Shown here: positions 1-9,010 of the stretch, piece by piece | How the letters are laid out: every line of letters starts with the position of its first letter | How positions within the stretch are numbered: the first letter of the stretch is position 1 | NCBI GenBank assembly: GCA_038127595.1 | Contig: JAYPIC010000022.1 | Coordinates: 9,062-24,922 of the forward strand | Source of the DNA: a bacterium | GTDB taxonomy: Bacteria; Fidelibacterota; Marinisomatia; Marinisomatales; UBA1611 | Length of the DNA stretch: 15,861 bases | Direction: 5' to 3' | Made by a program: the position numbers and the translations under genes | Notes under the pieces: model-generated | Databases searched by the model: none | Told to the model about the DNA's origin: nothing | Seen by the model: only the letters and a program-made list of their open reading frames with translations

Positions 1-105
1 GGATTAAAGGTAAAAGTCAATGGATCTGGTAAAGTTATAGAACAGTTTCCAAAACCTGGTAGTTTAAGTAAAAACAGCAAGCAATGTATTCTGACATTAA
101 AGTGA
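1..105 (+). CDS. ftsI: 3' end of PASTA-domain penicillin-binding protein (FtsI/PBP3-like), 5'-truncated by window
   Basis: Frame 1 reads [34 protein letters not shown] (TGA 103-105), resembling the C-terminal half of a PASTA repeat (G-x-G-x-V-x-x-Q-x-P-x-x-G). It lies directly upstream of murE, the canonical ftsI position. The gene name rests on synteny. Confidence 0.8.
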   Translation, partial: GLKVKVNGSGKVIEQFPKPGSLSKNSKQCILTLK

Positions 106-1553
106 AAAAAAAATTAAAAGCACTAATTAAAGATCTCCATCATAAAAATATAGAGCAAAGTGATATAATGATATCTGGTATAGAGACAAATTCCAAAAAT
201 GTATCAAATGGAGACTTATTTATTGCCATTAATGGGAATAATCAAGATGGGCATATTTATATAAATGATGCCATTAAAAATGGTGCATCAGCAGTTATAT
301 CTAATGAAAAAATATTAAACGATTTTGACAAGCCGGTAATTAATATTGAAAATACTCGAAAAGCAGCTTCAATTATATCCTCAAGATTCCATGATAATCC
401 CTCAAAAGATCTAACTATCATAGGTATAACGGGGACAAATGGAAAAACCACGACTGCGTATCTTATAAAAGAATGTTTAGATTACGCTGGTTTTAAAACC
501 GCACAAATTGGAACAACTGGAGTAATTGCTGAAGGTTACAAGCAAGAAAAAACATTAACAACTCCAGATGCTTTAACCATTCAAAAATTATTAAAAAATT
601 TAGTCAATGATGGGTTTTCCCATGTGGTAATGGAAGTGTCATCCCACGCCCTTCATCAACTTAGAGTGCACAATGTACATTTTGACGTTGCAATTTTTAC
701 AAACTTGACCCCGGATCACATTGATTACCATAAAAAAATGAAAAATTATTTTAAAGTAAAATCCACATTATTTAACCTACTGAAGGAAAAAAATGGTAAA
801 GCTGTAATTAATTATGATGATGATTATGGAAAAAAACTGGCCCCTAAACTCAATTGCGATGTTGCCTTATTTTCAAAAACTAATTTAACAAAATCATTTT
901 TTTCTCAAATAAATGATTATAAAAATAAAATTGATGGAATTATCAAATCTAATACAGGTTCTTATACGATCGAATCTAATTTATTCGGTAGCTATAACCT
1001 TGAAAATATCCTCGCTGCAGTAACTACTTTAGACTCATTAAAAATCAGTGAGAATGCCATCACTCAGGGAATTAAAACATGCAAAAACGTACCTGGACGG
1101 TTGGAATCTTTTTTAGTTAAAACAGGAGCTAAAGTAGTTATTGACTATGCTCATACTCCTGATGCATATGATAAAATTCTTAGTACGTTAAAAAGTATTT
1201 TAACCAAAGAGAATAATTTATATTTGGTTTTTGGCGCTGGAGGAGATAGAGATAGTGAAAAAAGACCAAAAATGGCTGCCATTGCTCAGAAATACTGCAA
1301 AACATGTTTTATAACCCCTGATAATCCGAGATATGAAGAACTAGAGAACATAAATAGAGATATTTTATCAGGGTTTACAAAAAACTGTTATAAAATCTAT
1401 GATAAACGAGAAAATGGTATTCTAGATGCCATAGCGATATCCCAACCTGGTGATATAATTGCAGTACTTGGCAAAGGGGATGAGGAATATCAGGATGTAA
1501 AAGGTCAATTTATTTTTCATTCAGATAAAAAAATAGTTATGGAAATGCAATGA
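102..1553 (+). CDS. murE: UDP-N-acetylmuramoyl-L-alanyl-D-glutamate--2,6-diaminopimelate ligase
   Basis: P-loop [39 protein letters not shown] and the DNPR meso-DAP specificity motif. The start is more likely GTG at 102 (GTGA overlap with the ftsI stop) than ATG at 84. Confidence 0.97.
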   Translation: MKKKLKALIKDLHHKNIEQSDIMISGIETNSKNVSNGDLFIAINGNNQDGHIYINDAIKNGASAVISNEKILNDFDKPVINIENTRKAASIISSRFHDNPSKDLTIIGITGTNGKTTTAYLIKECLDYAGFKTAQIGTTGVIAEGYKQEKTLTTPDALTIQKLLKNLVNDGFSHVVMEVSSHALHQLRVHNVHFDVAIFTNLTPDHIDYHKKMKNYFKVKSTLFNLLKEKNGKAVINYDDDYGKKLAPKLNCDVALFSKTNLTKSFFSQINDYKNKIDGIIKSNTGSYTIESNLFGSYNLENILAAVTTLDSLKISENAITQGIKTCKNVPGRLESFLVKTGAKVVIDYAHTPDAYDKILSTLKSILTKENNLYLVFGAGGDRDSEKRPKMAAIAQKYCKTCFITPDNPRYEELENINRDILSGFTKNCYKIYDKRENGILDAIAISQPGDIIAVLGKGDEEYQDVKGQFIFHSDKKIVMEMQ

Positions 1554-2896
1554 GAGTCGATATTTCAAATTCAACTGAAATTTCCAATGTTATTTTTGAG
1601 CTTTATGGAGTTCAAATCAAGAATACTATAAGAGGAATAACTACAGATAGCAGAAACTTAATGAATGGTGATATATATGTCGCCATTGAAGGAGAAAATA
1701 ATGATGGACATAATTATCTAAACCAAGTGGACGCTTTAAATGCATCGGCAGTAATAGTAGACAAAAACAAAGAGTTTAATAATTTAAATGCACAAATTAT
1801 TTCAGTAGACAATACAATTAAAGCAATCGGTGATATTGCAAAATCTTATAGGCAAAAATTTACTATCCCAATTATTGGAATTACTGGGTCCAATGGCAAA
1901 ACATCCACAAAAGAGCTATTAAGCCACGTTCTTGATGGCGAATTTAAAGTGCATGCCACAAATGGAAATTTTAACACATCAATCGGGCTGCCTTTAACTA
2001 TATTAGAGCTAAATAAAGATCATGATATTTCAATACTTGAAATGGGAGCAAATCAGCAAGGGGATATAGAATATCTATGTTCAGTTGCAAAACCAACCCA
2101 TGGTTTAATTACGAATATTTCCTCGGCTCATTTAGAAGGTTTTGGCTCAATTGAAAACATTGCTAAAACCAAAGGAGCATTATTCTCATCATTAAAGCAT
2201 GGGATGTCATTTGTAAACTATGCTGATGAAAAAGTAAAAATTGCACACTCTACTGGAAATAAAATATCATATGGATTAATCGCAGAGTGCGATTTTCCTG
2301 CTGACATTCATTATGATGACGAAGGATCTATTATATTAACAATAGATACTAGAGAAATACGTACTAATTCAAAAAATCTTTCTTTTGCAAAAAATGTAAT
2401 CGCTGTTGCCTCTATAAGCATAACCTTAGGTTTAGAGTGGGATTATTTTCAAGAGAAAATTTTAACATTTAAACCACCTAAAGGCAGATGTCAAGTATCG
2501 AAGTATGGATCAATAACTGTAATCGATGACACCTATAACTCCAATCTAGAGTCATGCTCTGCAGCAATAGATTATTTATGTGCGTTTTCTGGCACTGGTC
2601 GAAATATAGCTGTGATTGGAGATATGTTGGAGTTGGGGTCTGCATCTAAGAAACAGCATGAAAAATTAGGTAAAAAATGCAATTCATCTAATCTAGATGC
2701 AATTTTCACTTTAGGCGTTGAAACATTGAGCACAAAAAATACTATTAAAAATAAAAAAACAAATGATCACTTTGAAAATCATAATCATTTAATCAGCACT
2801 TTAAAATCATTTCTCATAAGCGATGATAAAGTTCTTTTTAAAGGATCAAGGGGAATGCAAATGGAAAAAATTATTTCTGGAGTTTTTGAAAACTAA
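1550..2896 (+). CDS. murF: UDP-N-acetylmuramoyl-tripeptide--D-alanyl-D-alanine ligase
   Basis: [71 protein letters not shown] overlap with murE. Confidence 0.97.
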   Translation: MRVDISNSTEISNVIFELYGVQIKNTIRGITTDSRNLMNGDIYVAIEGENNDGHNYLNQVDALNASAVIVDKNKEFNNLNAQIISVDNTIKAIGDIAKSYRQKFTIPIIGITGSNGKTSTKELLSHVLDGEFKVHATNGNFNTSIGLPLTILELNKDHDISILEMGANQQGDIEYLCSVAKPTHGLITNISSAHLEGFGSIENIAKTKGALFSSLKHGMSFVNYADEKVKIAHSTGNKISYGLIAECDFPADIHYDDEGSIILTIDTREIRTNSKNLSFAKNVIAVASISITLGLEWDYFQEKILTFKPPKGRCQVSKYGSITVIDDTYNSNLESCSAAIDYLCAFSGTGRNIAVIGDMLELGSASKKQHEKLGKKCNSSNLDAIFTLGVETLSTKNTIKNKKTNDHFENHNHLISTLKSFLISDDKVLFKGSRGMQMEKIISGVFEN

Positions 2897-3999
2897 TGCT
2901 TTCAGACTTTCTACTCCAATTCAAAAATGAAATAAGTTTTTTCAATTTATTTGAATATCTTACTTTCAAAACTGCAATATCTGCAATAACAGCGCTTATT
3001 ATTTCTTTTATAATTGGTCCAATAACAATAAAAAACCTCCAACAATATCAAATAGGTGAGGAAATACGTAGTAATGGTCCAGAATCACATTTAGCAAAAA
3101 GGGGCACGCCAACTATGGGAGGAGTGATAATAATTTTATCTACACTCCTCCCCACCCTTCTTTTTTCTGATCTTAGCAATATAATGGTATTAATTATTGC
3201 TCTTTCAACTCTTTGGATGGGTTTAATTGGCTTCATTGATGATTATTTAAAAATTATAATTAAAGCTAAAGATGGCATGATAGCTCGATATAAAATGATT
3301 GGCCAAATACTACTTGGTGTCATAATTAGCTACGTTATTATTAATAGTAATGATTTCAATGGCTTTAATACAAAAACTACTATTCCATTTTTTAAGAATT
3401 TTGAATTTGATTTTGGAATATTTTATCCTCTGCTTGTGATACTTGTCATAACAGCAACTTCAAATGCAGTCAACTTAACTGATGGGCTAGATGGTTTAGC
3501 AATAGGCCTATTAGCAATTTGCTTTACAGTATTTACAGCAATATCTTATATCTCAGGAAGAGTAGATTTTTCTGATTATTTAAATATTTTATATCTACCT
3601 AAAGCCTCAGAGCTAAGTATTTTTGCAAGCGCAGCCGTTGGAGCATGTCTAGGGTTTTTATGGTTTAACTCCTCTCCTGCTGAGATTTTTATGGGAGATA
3701 CGGGCTCACTTTCGCTTGGAGCAGCTTTAGGGACCATGTCCATTCTCTTAAAAAAGGAACTTCTATTATTTATAATTGGTGGTGTTTTCGTAATGGAAAC
3801 ATTATCGGTTATCATTCAGGTCTCTTTTTTTAGGTATACAAAATACAAATATGGTGAAGGTAAACGTTTCTTTAAAATGGCGCCAATCCACCATCATTTT
3901 GAACTGTCTGGAATGAAAGAAAATAAAATTGTAACAAGATTTTGGATCATTGGAATTTTACTTGCATTACTTTCGCTAGCAACTTTTAAAATAAGGTAA
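2896..3999 (+). CDS. mraY: phospho-N-acetylmuramoyl-pentapeptide transferase
   Basis: Multi-TM protein with KRGTPTMGG, GFIDDY, NAVNLTDGLDGL, FMGDTGSL, MAPIHHHFEL. TAATG overlap with murF. Confidence 0.98.
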   Translation: MLSDFLLQFKNEISFFNLFEYLTFKTAISAITALIISFIIGPITIKNLQQYQIGEEIRSNGPESHLAKRGTPTMGGVIIILSTLLPTLLFSDLSNIMVLIIALSTLWMGLIGFIDDYLKIIIKAKDGMIARYKMIGQILLGVIISYVIINSNDFNGFNTKTTIPFFKNFEFDFGIFYPLLVILVITATSNAVNLTDGLDGLAIGLLAICFTVFTAISYISGRVDFSDYLNILYLPKASELSIFASAAVGACLGFLWFNSSPAEIFMGDTGSLSLGAALGTMSILLKKELLLFIIGGVFVMETLSVIIQVSFFRYTKYKYGEGKRFFKMAPIHHHFELSGMKENKIVTRFWIIGILLALLSLATFKIR

Positions 4000-4006
4000 G
4001 CTAGAA

Positions 4007-5368
4007 ATGATACTGACAAAAGAAAATATAGCAGATAAAAAAATAATCATATTGGGGATGAAAAAAAGTGGCTATTCTGCAGCATTATTAGCATCAAAAC
4101 TTGGATCAAATATTTTTATTAGCGATAATAATAAAGATGAAATCGTATGTCAAAATTATGAAAAGTTAAAAAAAGCTGGTATGCAGTGTGAGATCGGCGG
4201 GCACACAGATAAAATCTATGACGCTGATCTATGGATTGTTTCCCCAGGAATTCCTAAAGATGCCAATGTTATAAAAAAAGCTAGTAAAATAAAAATACCG
4301 ATCATAAGTGAAGTAGAGTTTGCTAGTAGGTTTACAAAACATCCAATCATTGCAGTTACTGGTTCCAATGGAAAATCAACAACGGTTAATATGGTAACTG
4401 AAATGTTAAGTACAAATGAATGGAAACCTATTCTTGCAGGGAATATTGGCAACCCATTTTCAAAATCTGTTTTGGATTTATTAAACGACGATTTAAAAGG
4501 TAATATATTTGTTTTAGAATTATCCAGTTTCCAACTAGAGTTCATTGATCAGTTTCATCCCTTTATAAGCATATATTTAAATATTTCTCCTGATCATTTA
4601 GATAGACATAAAAATATGGATGAGTATTTGAAGATGAAGCTAAACATGGTTAAAAATGTAGATAAAAACGATTTTATCATCTTTAATTCAGACGATAAAA
4701 TTCTAAATACTTCATTTAACGATAAAATAGCGAAAAAAATACCTTACAGCTTGAATGAGGAAAATAGATTTTTCAGCCTCAACAGTACAAAACTATATGA
4801 TGAAAATTATGATACTTTAATTTCACTTGATGACATATACCTAAAAGGAAAACATAATCTTTCAAACTTTATCGCCTCTGCAACTGCTGCAAAAATCTTA
4901 AATGTAAAAAATAAAAAAATAAAAAAAACAATGGAGCTATTTACTGGAATTAAGCATAGGCTCCAGTTTGTAAGAACTATTAAAGGTTCATCCTATTTTA
5001 ATGATTCAAAGGCTACAAATATTTCATCAGTAATAGCAGCAATTGACAGCTTTAATTCTCCTATAATTTTATTATTAGGTGGGAAAAATAAAGATTCAGA
5101 TTTCCGGCTACTTCTTCCGCATACCAAACGTCATGTAAAGCACATAGTATCATTTGGAGAAGCCGGGGGGGAGATCGCTACCGCTATCGGGGATGCGGTA
5201 AGACTCGATATAACAAGCAGTCTTAATCAAGCGGTGGCATCTGCCCATAAAATAGCCAGTCCAGGTGATATTATTTTAATGTCGCCTGGCTGCGCTAGTT
5301 TTGATGAATTTAAAAACTTTGAAGACCGTGGAGAAAAATTTATACAAATGGTAGAAGCATTAAAATAA
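4007..5368 (+). CDS. murD: UDP-N-acetylmuramoyl-L-alanine--D-glutamate ligase
   Basis: VSPGIP, AVTGSNGKSTT, GNIG, LELSSFQLE, NISPDHLDRH, HRLQ, NDSKATN, MSPGCASFDEFKNFEDRG. Confidence 0.98.
   Translation: MILTKENIADKKIIILGMKKSGYSAALLASKLGSNIFISDNNKDEIVCQNYEKLKKAGMQCEIGGHTDKIYDADLWIVSPGIPKDANVIKKASKIKIPIISEVEFASRFTKHPIIAVTGSNGKSTTVNMVTEMLSTNEWKPILAGNIGNPFSKSVLDLLNDDLKGNIFVLELSSFQLEFIDQFHPFISIYLNISPDHLDRHKNMDEYLKMKLNMVKNVDKNDFIIFNSDDKILNTSFNDKIAKKIPYSLNEENRFFSLNSTKLYDENYDTLISLDDIYLKGKHNLSNFIASATAAKILNVKNKKIKKTMELFTGIKHRLQFVRTIKGSSYFNDSKATNISSVIAAIDSFNSPIILLLGGKNKDSDFRLLLPHTKRHVKHIVSFGEAGGEIATAIGDAVRLDITSSLNQAVASAHKIASPGDIILMSPGCASFDEFKNFEDRGEKFIQMVEALK
5102..5305 (+). other. candidate structured RNA region (three tandem hairpins) embedded in murD coding sequence
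   Basis: 96/200 GC in 5101-5300 vs 53/200 in 4901-5100. Hand-paired stems 5102-5109/5161-5168, 5169-5185/5230-5246 with 5199-5205/5219-5225, and 5253-5273/5277-5297. G-U pairs favour the sense strand. No family recognised. Confidence 0.5.
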
Positions 5369-5372
5369 TAGA

Positions 5373-6527
5373 ATGAGGCTCAATATTTCCATTCAACAAT
5401 ATGATAAACCGCTGCTAATGGTTTGCCTTTTTTTGTGTGCATTTGGAACAATAATGCTCTATAGCGCAAGTTGGAATGAATCTTTCATTCGATCAGGTGG
5501 CTCTACTGAATCAATGTATTTAAAAGCTCATCTTATGAGGGTGCTGATTGGATTTCTATTTATGTTTATATTTTTAATTATAGACTATCGAAGTTTAAAA
5601 ATAATAGCACCCTACCTCCTTATACTATCTTTTCTATTACTAATTGTAACAAAAAGTTATTTCTTGGTAATCGGGAACCATAGACCAGCTAGATGGTTAA
5701 ATTTAGGTTTCGTTTCAATTCAAACTTCAGACATAGCGCGAATATCTCTAATAATTTTTCTAGCTTATTATTTAGATCAAATTAAAATGCGAGTTAAAGA
5801 TTTTAGAAATGGATTTTTACCTTGCATCATAATTATTGGTCTAATGATGTCCTTGATAATTATTCAACCTGATTTTAGCACAGCCCTAATAATTGGCTCA
5901 ATAGGTACAATAATTCTTTTTATTGGTGGGGCAAAAATAAAACATTTAATTGTTTCAAGCTTCTTAGGTTTAATTATGAGTATACCTATAATTTATTTTA
6001 AGCCATATAGGCTAGCTCGAATACTATCTTTTTTTGATAAATCAGACATTACTGAAAACGGTTATCAAGCACATCAAGCTCTACTTAGTTTAGGCAATGG
6101 AGGTTTATTTGGTGTCGGTTTAGGAAATAGTGTGGAAAAAAACCACCTCCTCCCTACTCCGCATACAGATTTTATTTTTTCAATTATCGGAGAGGAGCTG
6201 GGACTGCTATTTGGTACGTTACCACTCTTAATTATATTTTTATTTATATTTTTTAGGGGAATAAAAATTGCCCAAAAATGTACAGACCCCTTTGGGATTA
6301 TGCTTGCAACAGGAATAAGCGTAAATATAGTTTTATATGCTTTTGTTAATGCATCTGTTGCAACTGGACTATTCCCTGTAACCGGATTACCAATGCCAAT
6401 GATTAGTTATGGAGGATCAGGGCTTTTGATTAATATGATAATGATTGGTATCCTCCTAAATATAAGCCAAGCTAAGCGAAGTATAAGTGGGGGCATAAAT
6501 TGGAGAAGTTTCAGCTTTGGTCTATAA
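5373..6527 (+). CDS. ftsW: SEDS-family peptidoglycan glycosyltransferase FtsW
   Basis: Multi-TM protein with ARWL, QPDFST, GYQ, GGLFGVGLGNS, HTDFIFSIIGEELG (catalytic Asp), PVTGLPMPMISYGGS. Located between murD and murG. Confidence 0.96.
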   Translation: MRLNISIQQYDKPLLMVCLFLCAFGTIMLYSASWNESFIRSGGSTESMYLKAHLMRVLIGFLFMFIFLIIDYRSLKIIAPYLLILSFLLLIVTKSYFLVIGNHRPARWLNLGFVSIQTSDIARISLIIFLAYYLDQIKMRVKDFRNGFLPCIIIIGLMMSLIIIQPDFSTALIIGSIGTIILFIGGAKIKHLIVSSFLGLIMSIPIIYFKPYRLARILSFFDKSDITENGYQAHQALLSLGNGGLFGVGLGNSVEKNHLLPTPHTDFIFSIIGEELGLLFGTLPLLIIFLFIFFRGIKIAQKCTDPFGIMLATGISVNIVLYAFVNASVATGLFPVTGLPMPMISYGGSGLLINMIMIGILLNISQAKRSISGGINWRSFSFGL

Positions 6528-7623
6528 TAAAATAATAATTGCAGGCGGAGGCACTGGAGGTCATTTATTTCCTGCGATTGCAATTGGCGAGGAAATAAAA
6601 GATAGATTTCCAAATACTGAAATCCACTTTATTGGATCTAAATTTGGTTTAGAATCAAAAGTTTTTCCAGTAAAGGACCTTTTACATACACTGCTAGCTA
6701 TCAGAGGTCTTCAGCGTAGCATAAATTTTCACAACCTATTAAAAAATATATCTCTACCCTTTTTAATAATTAAATCTTTTATAAAAATTAACGCTTTATA
6801 TCGTGATTTTAAGCCAAGTCTTATCATTGGCACAGGAGGTTATGCCAGTGCAATCCCTCTTTTGGTAGCCAAAATGCTAAATCCTAAGATTCCATTAATT
6901 TTGCAAGAACAAAATTCATTTCCTGGCCTCACTACTCGTTGGTTTGCTGAACATGCAAGTTTAATATGCTCTGCTTTTGAAATCTTTAATAATTTTGATA
7001 AAAACAAATTAGTCATCACTGGTAACCCAATAAGAAATAATATATGCAGTGGAGATATTGAACTAGCTATTAAAAATTTTAATTTTTCAAAAGATAGAAA
7101 GACAATCTTCATTTTTGGAGGAAGTCAAGGCTCAAGATTTTTAAATCAATCTTTATCAAAAATAATTAAAAAAATTAATTTTAAAAATATTCAGATCCTT
7201 TGGCAAACTGGTGATAAAGAATTTCAACAGTATAGTTCTTTATCAAACAAATACATAAAGGTAGTACCGTTTATTAATGATATGGCTAGTGCATATTCCC
7301 TATCAGACCTAGTGATTTGTAGGAGTGGAGCTTTAACCATTTCTGAATTAACGGCTTGCGGCAAGCCAAGTATCTTAATTCCTTTTGCTGCTGCTGCTGG
7401 GGACCATCAACTTAAAAATGCAAAAACATTAAATAAAAAAGGAGCCTCAATTATCATTGAAGAAAAAGATTTTGATTCAAAAATACTTCTATCAAAAATA
7501 AATGACCTTATAAATGACGATTCCAAGCTTTCAAGCATGTCTATTGCATCTAAAAAATTAGGAAACAAAGATGCAACAAAAATAATTGTAGATCTTATAG
7601 CAAAGGGCAAATATATTGTTTAA
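6517..7623 (+). CDS. murG: undecaprenyldiphospho-muramoylpentapeptide beta-N-acetylglucosaminyltransferase
   Basis: AGGGTGGHLFPA, GTGGYAS, EQNSFPG, TGNPIR, GGSQGS, RSGALTISEL, DHQLKNA. TTG start (in-frame stop at 6496-6498, no in-frame ATG before the first motif). Confidence 0.97.
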   Translation: MVYNKIIIAGGGTGGHLFPAIAIGEEIKDRFPNTEIHFIGSKFGLESKVFPVKDLLHTLLAIRGLQRSINFHNLLKNISLPFLIIKSFIKINALYRDFKPSLIIGTGGYASAIPLLVAKMLNPKIPLILQEQNSFPGLTTRWFAEHASLICSAFEIFNNFDKNKLVITGNPIRNNICSGDIELAIKNFNFSKDRKTIFIFGGSQGSRFLNQSLSKIIKKINFKNIQILWQTGDKEFQQYSSLSNKYIKVVPFINDMASAYSLSDLVICRSGALTISELTACGKPSILIPFAAAAGDHQLKNAKTLNKKGASIIIEEKDFDSKILLSKINDLINDDSKLSSMSIASKKLGNKDATKIIVDLIAKGKYIV

Positions 7624-9010
7624 AAAGGCAAAACACGTTCATTTCATTGGTATTGGGGGCATCGGTATGAGTGGAATAGCTGAGCTCCTTTTAAACCTGG
7701 ATTTCATTATTACTGGCTCTGATATAAGTAAATCTCAAAATGTAAATAGATTAGAAACTAGAGGAGTGGAAATATTTATTGGGCATAGCGCAAAGAACAT
7801 TGATAATGTCGATGTAGTGGTTTATTCTAGTGCAGTAAAACAGGAAAATATTGAGATCATAACAGCAAAAAAAAGAAATATTCCTGTAATACGTAGAGCT
7901 GAAATGCTCGCTCAACTGATAAATCTAAAAGAAACTAGCATTGCTGTTGGAGGAACTCATGGAAAAACAACCACAAGCTCAATGGTTGGTACCGTATTAG
8001 AGGGATCAAACTTTGACCCAACTTTAGTAGTTGGAGGTTTAGTGAGTAACTTAAATAGCAATGTAAAACTTGGTCATGGTGATATCATTGTTGTTGAAGC
8101 AGATGAATATGACCGCAGCTTTTTGGCTTTAAACCCGACAATAGCAATTATTACAAACTTAGAAATGGAACACACTGACTGTTATACTAATATTGAAGAA
8201 CTTGAATCAGCCTTTTTGCAATTTTGTAATTCAATACCATTCTATGGAGAAATCATATTATGTGCAGATTCTGAGCCTTTAATGAAGCTATCAAATAGTA
8301 TTAAAAAACCTGTAGTAACATACGGTACCGTCTTAGATGCTGATTTTAGAGCTGATAATATCATTTTTAATCAAAATTGTAGCGAATATGATTTACTTCA
8401 CAAAGAAAAAAAACTAGGTAAAATAAAAATAAATGTTCCTGGCAAACATAATGTTTTAAACTCATTAGCAGCAATCTCACTTGGAATAGAGCTCGGAGTA
8501 TCAGTTGATATTTTAAAAAATAGTATAAATGATTACAATGGTGTGAGAAGACGTTTCGATATCAAATCTAATAAAAGTCAAATTATGGTAGTAGATGATT
8601 ATGCTCACCATCCGACAGAGGTAAAGGCTACAATCAATGCTGCTAGATCAGGATGGGATAAAGATATAGTAACGGTATTTCAACCACATTTATTTACAAG
8701 AACAAGAGATTTTTATAAGGAGTTTGCAAATTCATTATTTGACTCCGATCATTTAATAATTACTGATATTTACCCTGCAAGAGAAAAGCCAATAAAAAAT
8801 ATTAATTCTATGCTAATTGTTAATGAATTAAAAAGCATGGGGCATAAAAACATTTCATACATTAATGATTTGTCAAATTTAAACGCAATACTAGATGAGC
8901 TTAATCTTAATAACCATATGGTAATCACCATGGGAGCTGGGGATATTTGGAGATACAATGAAAAATATAACGCGCATCTTAATGAAGAAATAAATCAATA
9001 CAATGATTGA
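7616..9010 (+). CDS. murC: UDP-N-acetylmuramate--L-alanine ligase
   Basis: HFIGIGGIGMSGIA, RRAEMLA, GTHGKTTT, EADEYD, GVRRRF, DDYAHHPTE, FQPH, TMGAGDI. TTG start. Confidence 0.98.
   Translation: MFKKAKHVHFIGIGGIGMSGIAELLLNLDFIITGSDISKSQNVNRLETRGVEIFIGHSAKNIDNVDVVVYSSAVKQENIEIITAKKRNIPVIRRAEMLAQLINLKETSIAVGGTHGKTTTSSMVGTVLEGSNFDPTLVVGGLVSNLNSNVKLGHGDIIVVEADEYDRSFLALNPTIAIITNLEMEHTDCYTNIEELESAFLQFCNSIPFYGEIILCADSEPLMKLSNSIKKPVVTYGTVLDADFRADNIIFNQNCSEYDLLHKEKKLGKIKINVPGKHNVLNSLAAISLGIELGVSVDILKNSINDYNGVRRRFDIKSNKSQIMVVDDYAHHPTEVKATINAARSGWDKDIVTVFQPHLFTRTRDFYKEFANSLFDSDHLIITDIYPAREKPIKNINSMLIVNELKSMGHKNISYINDLSNLNAILDELNLNNHMVITMGAGDIWRYNEKYNAHLNEEINQYND

Noticed and set aside
4906..4928. A-rich tracts here, A9 at 105-113 and T8 at 11936-11943
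   Set aside because: Lys/Phe codon runs expected in AT-rich DNA; reading frames are intact.
5095..5125. Minus-strand GCGGAAGAAGTAGCCGGAAATCTG resembles a cobalamin riboswitch B12 box or SRP RNA helix 8
   Set aside because: The other required elements are absent (AGGGAA and CCCCGCAACTGT for cobalamin; the CAGG...GNRA apex for SRP), and G-U pairs favour the plus strand.
5110..5143. ACTTCTTCCGCATACCAAAC...GTAAAGC loosely resembles the 5S rRNA loop C region
   Set aside because: The helix III pairing of 5S rRNA cannot form and the flanks do not match.
5165..5171. G7 run followed by a hairpin as a programmed frameshift or phase-variation site
   Set aside because: In the murD frame (GCC GGG GGG GAG) it does not fit X XXY YYZ, the run is short, and a shift would remove the essential C-terminal SPGCASFD motif.
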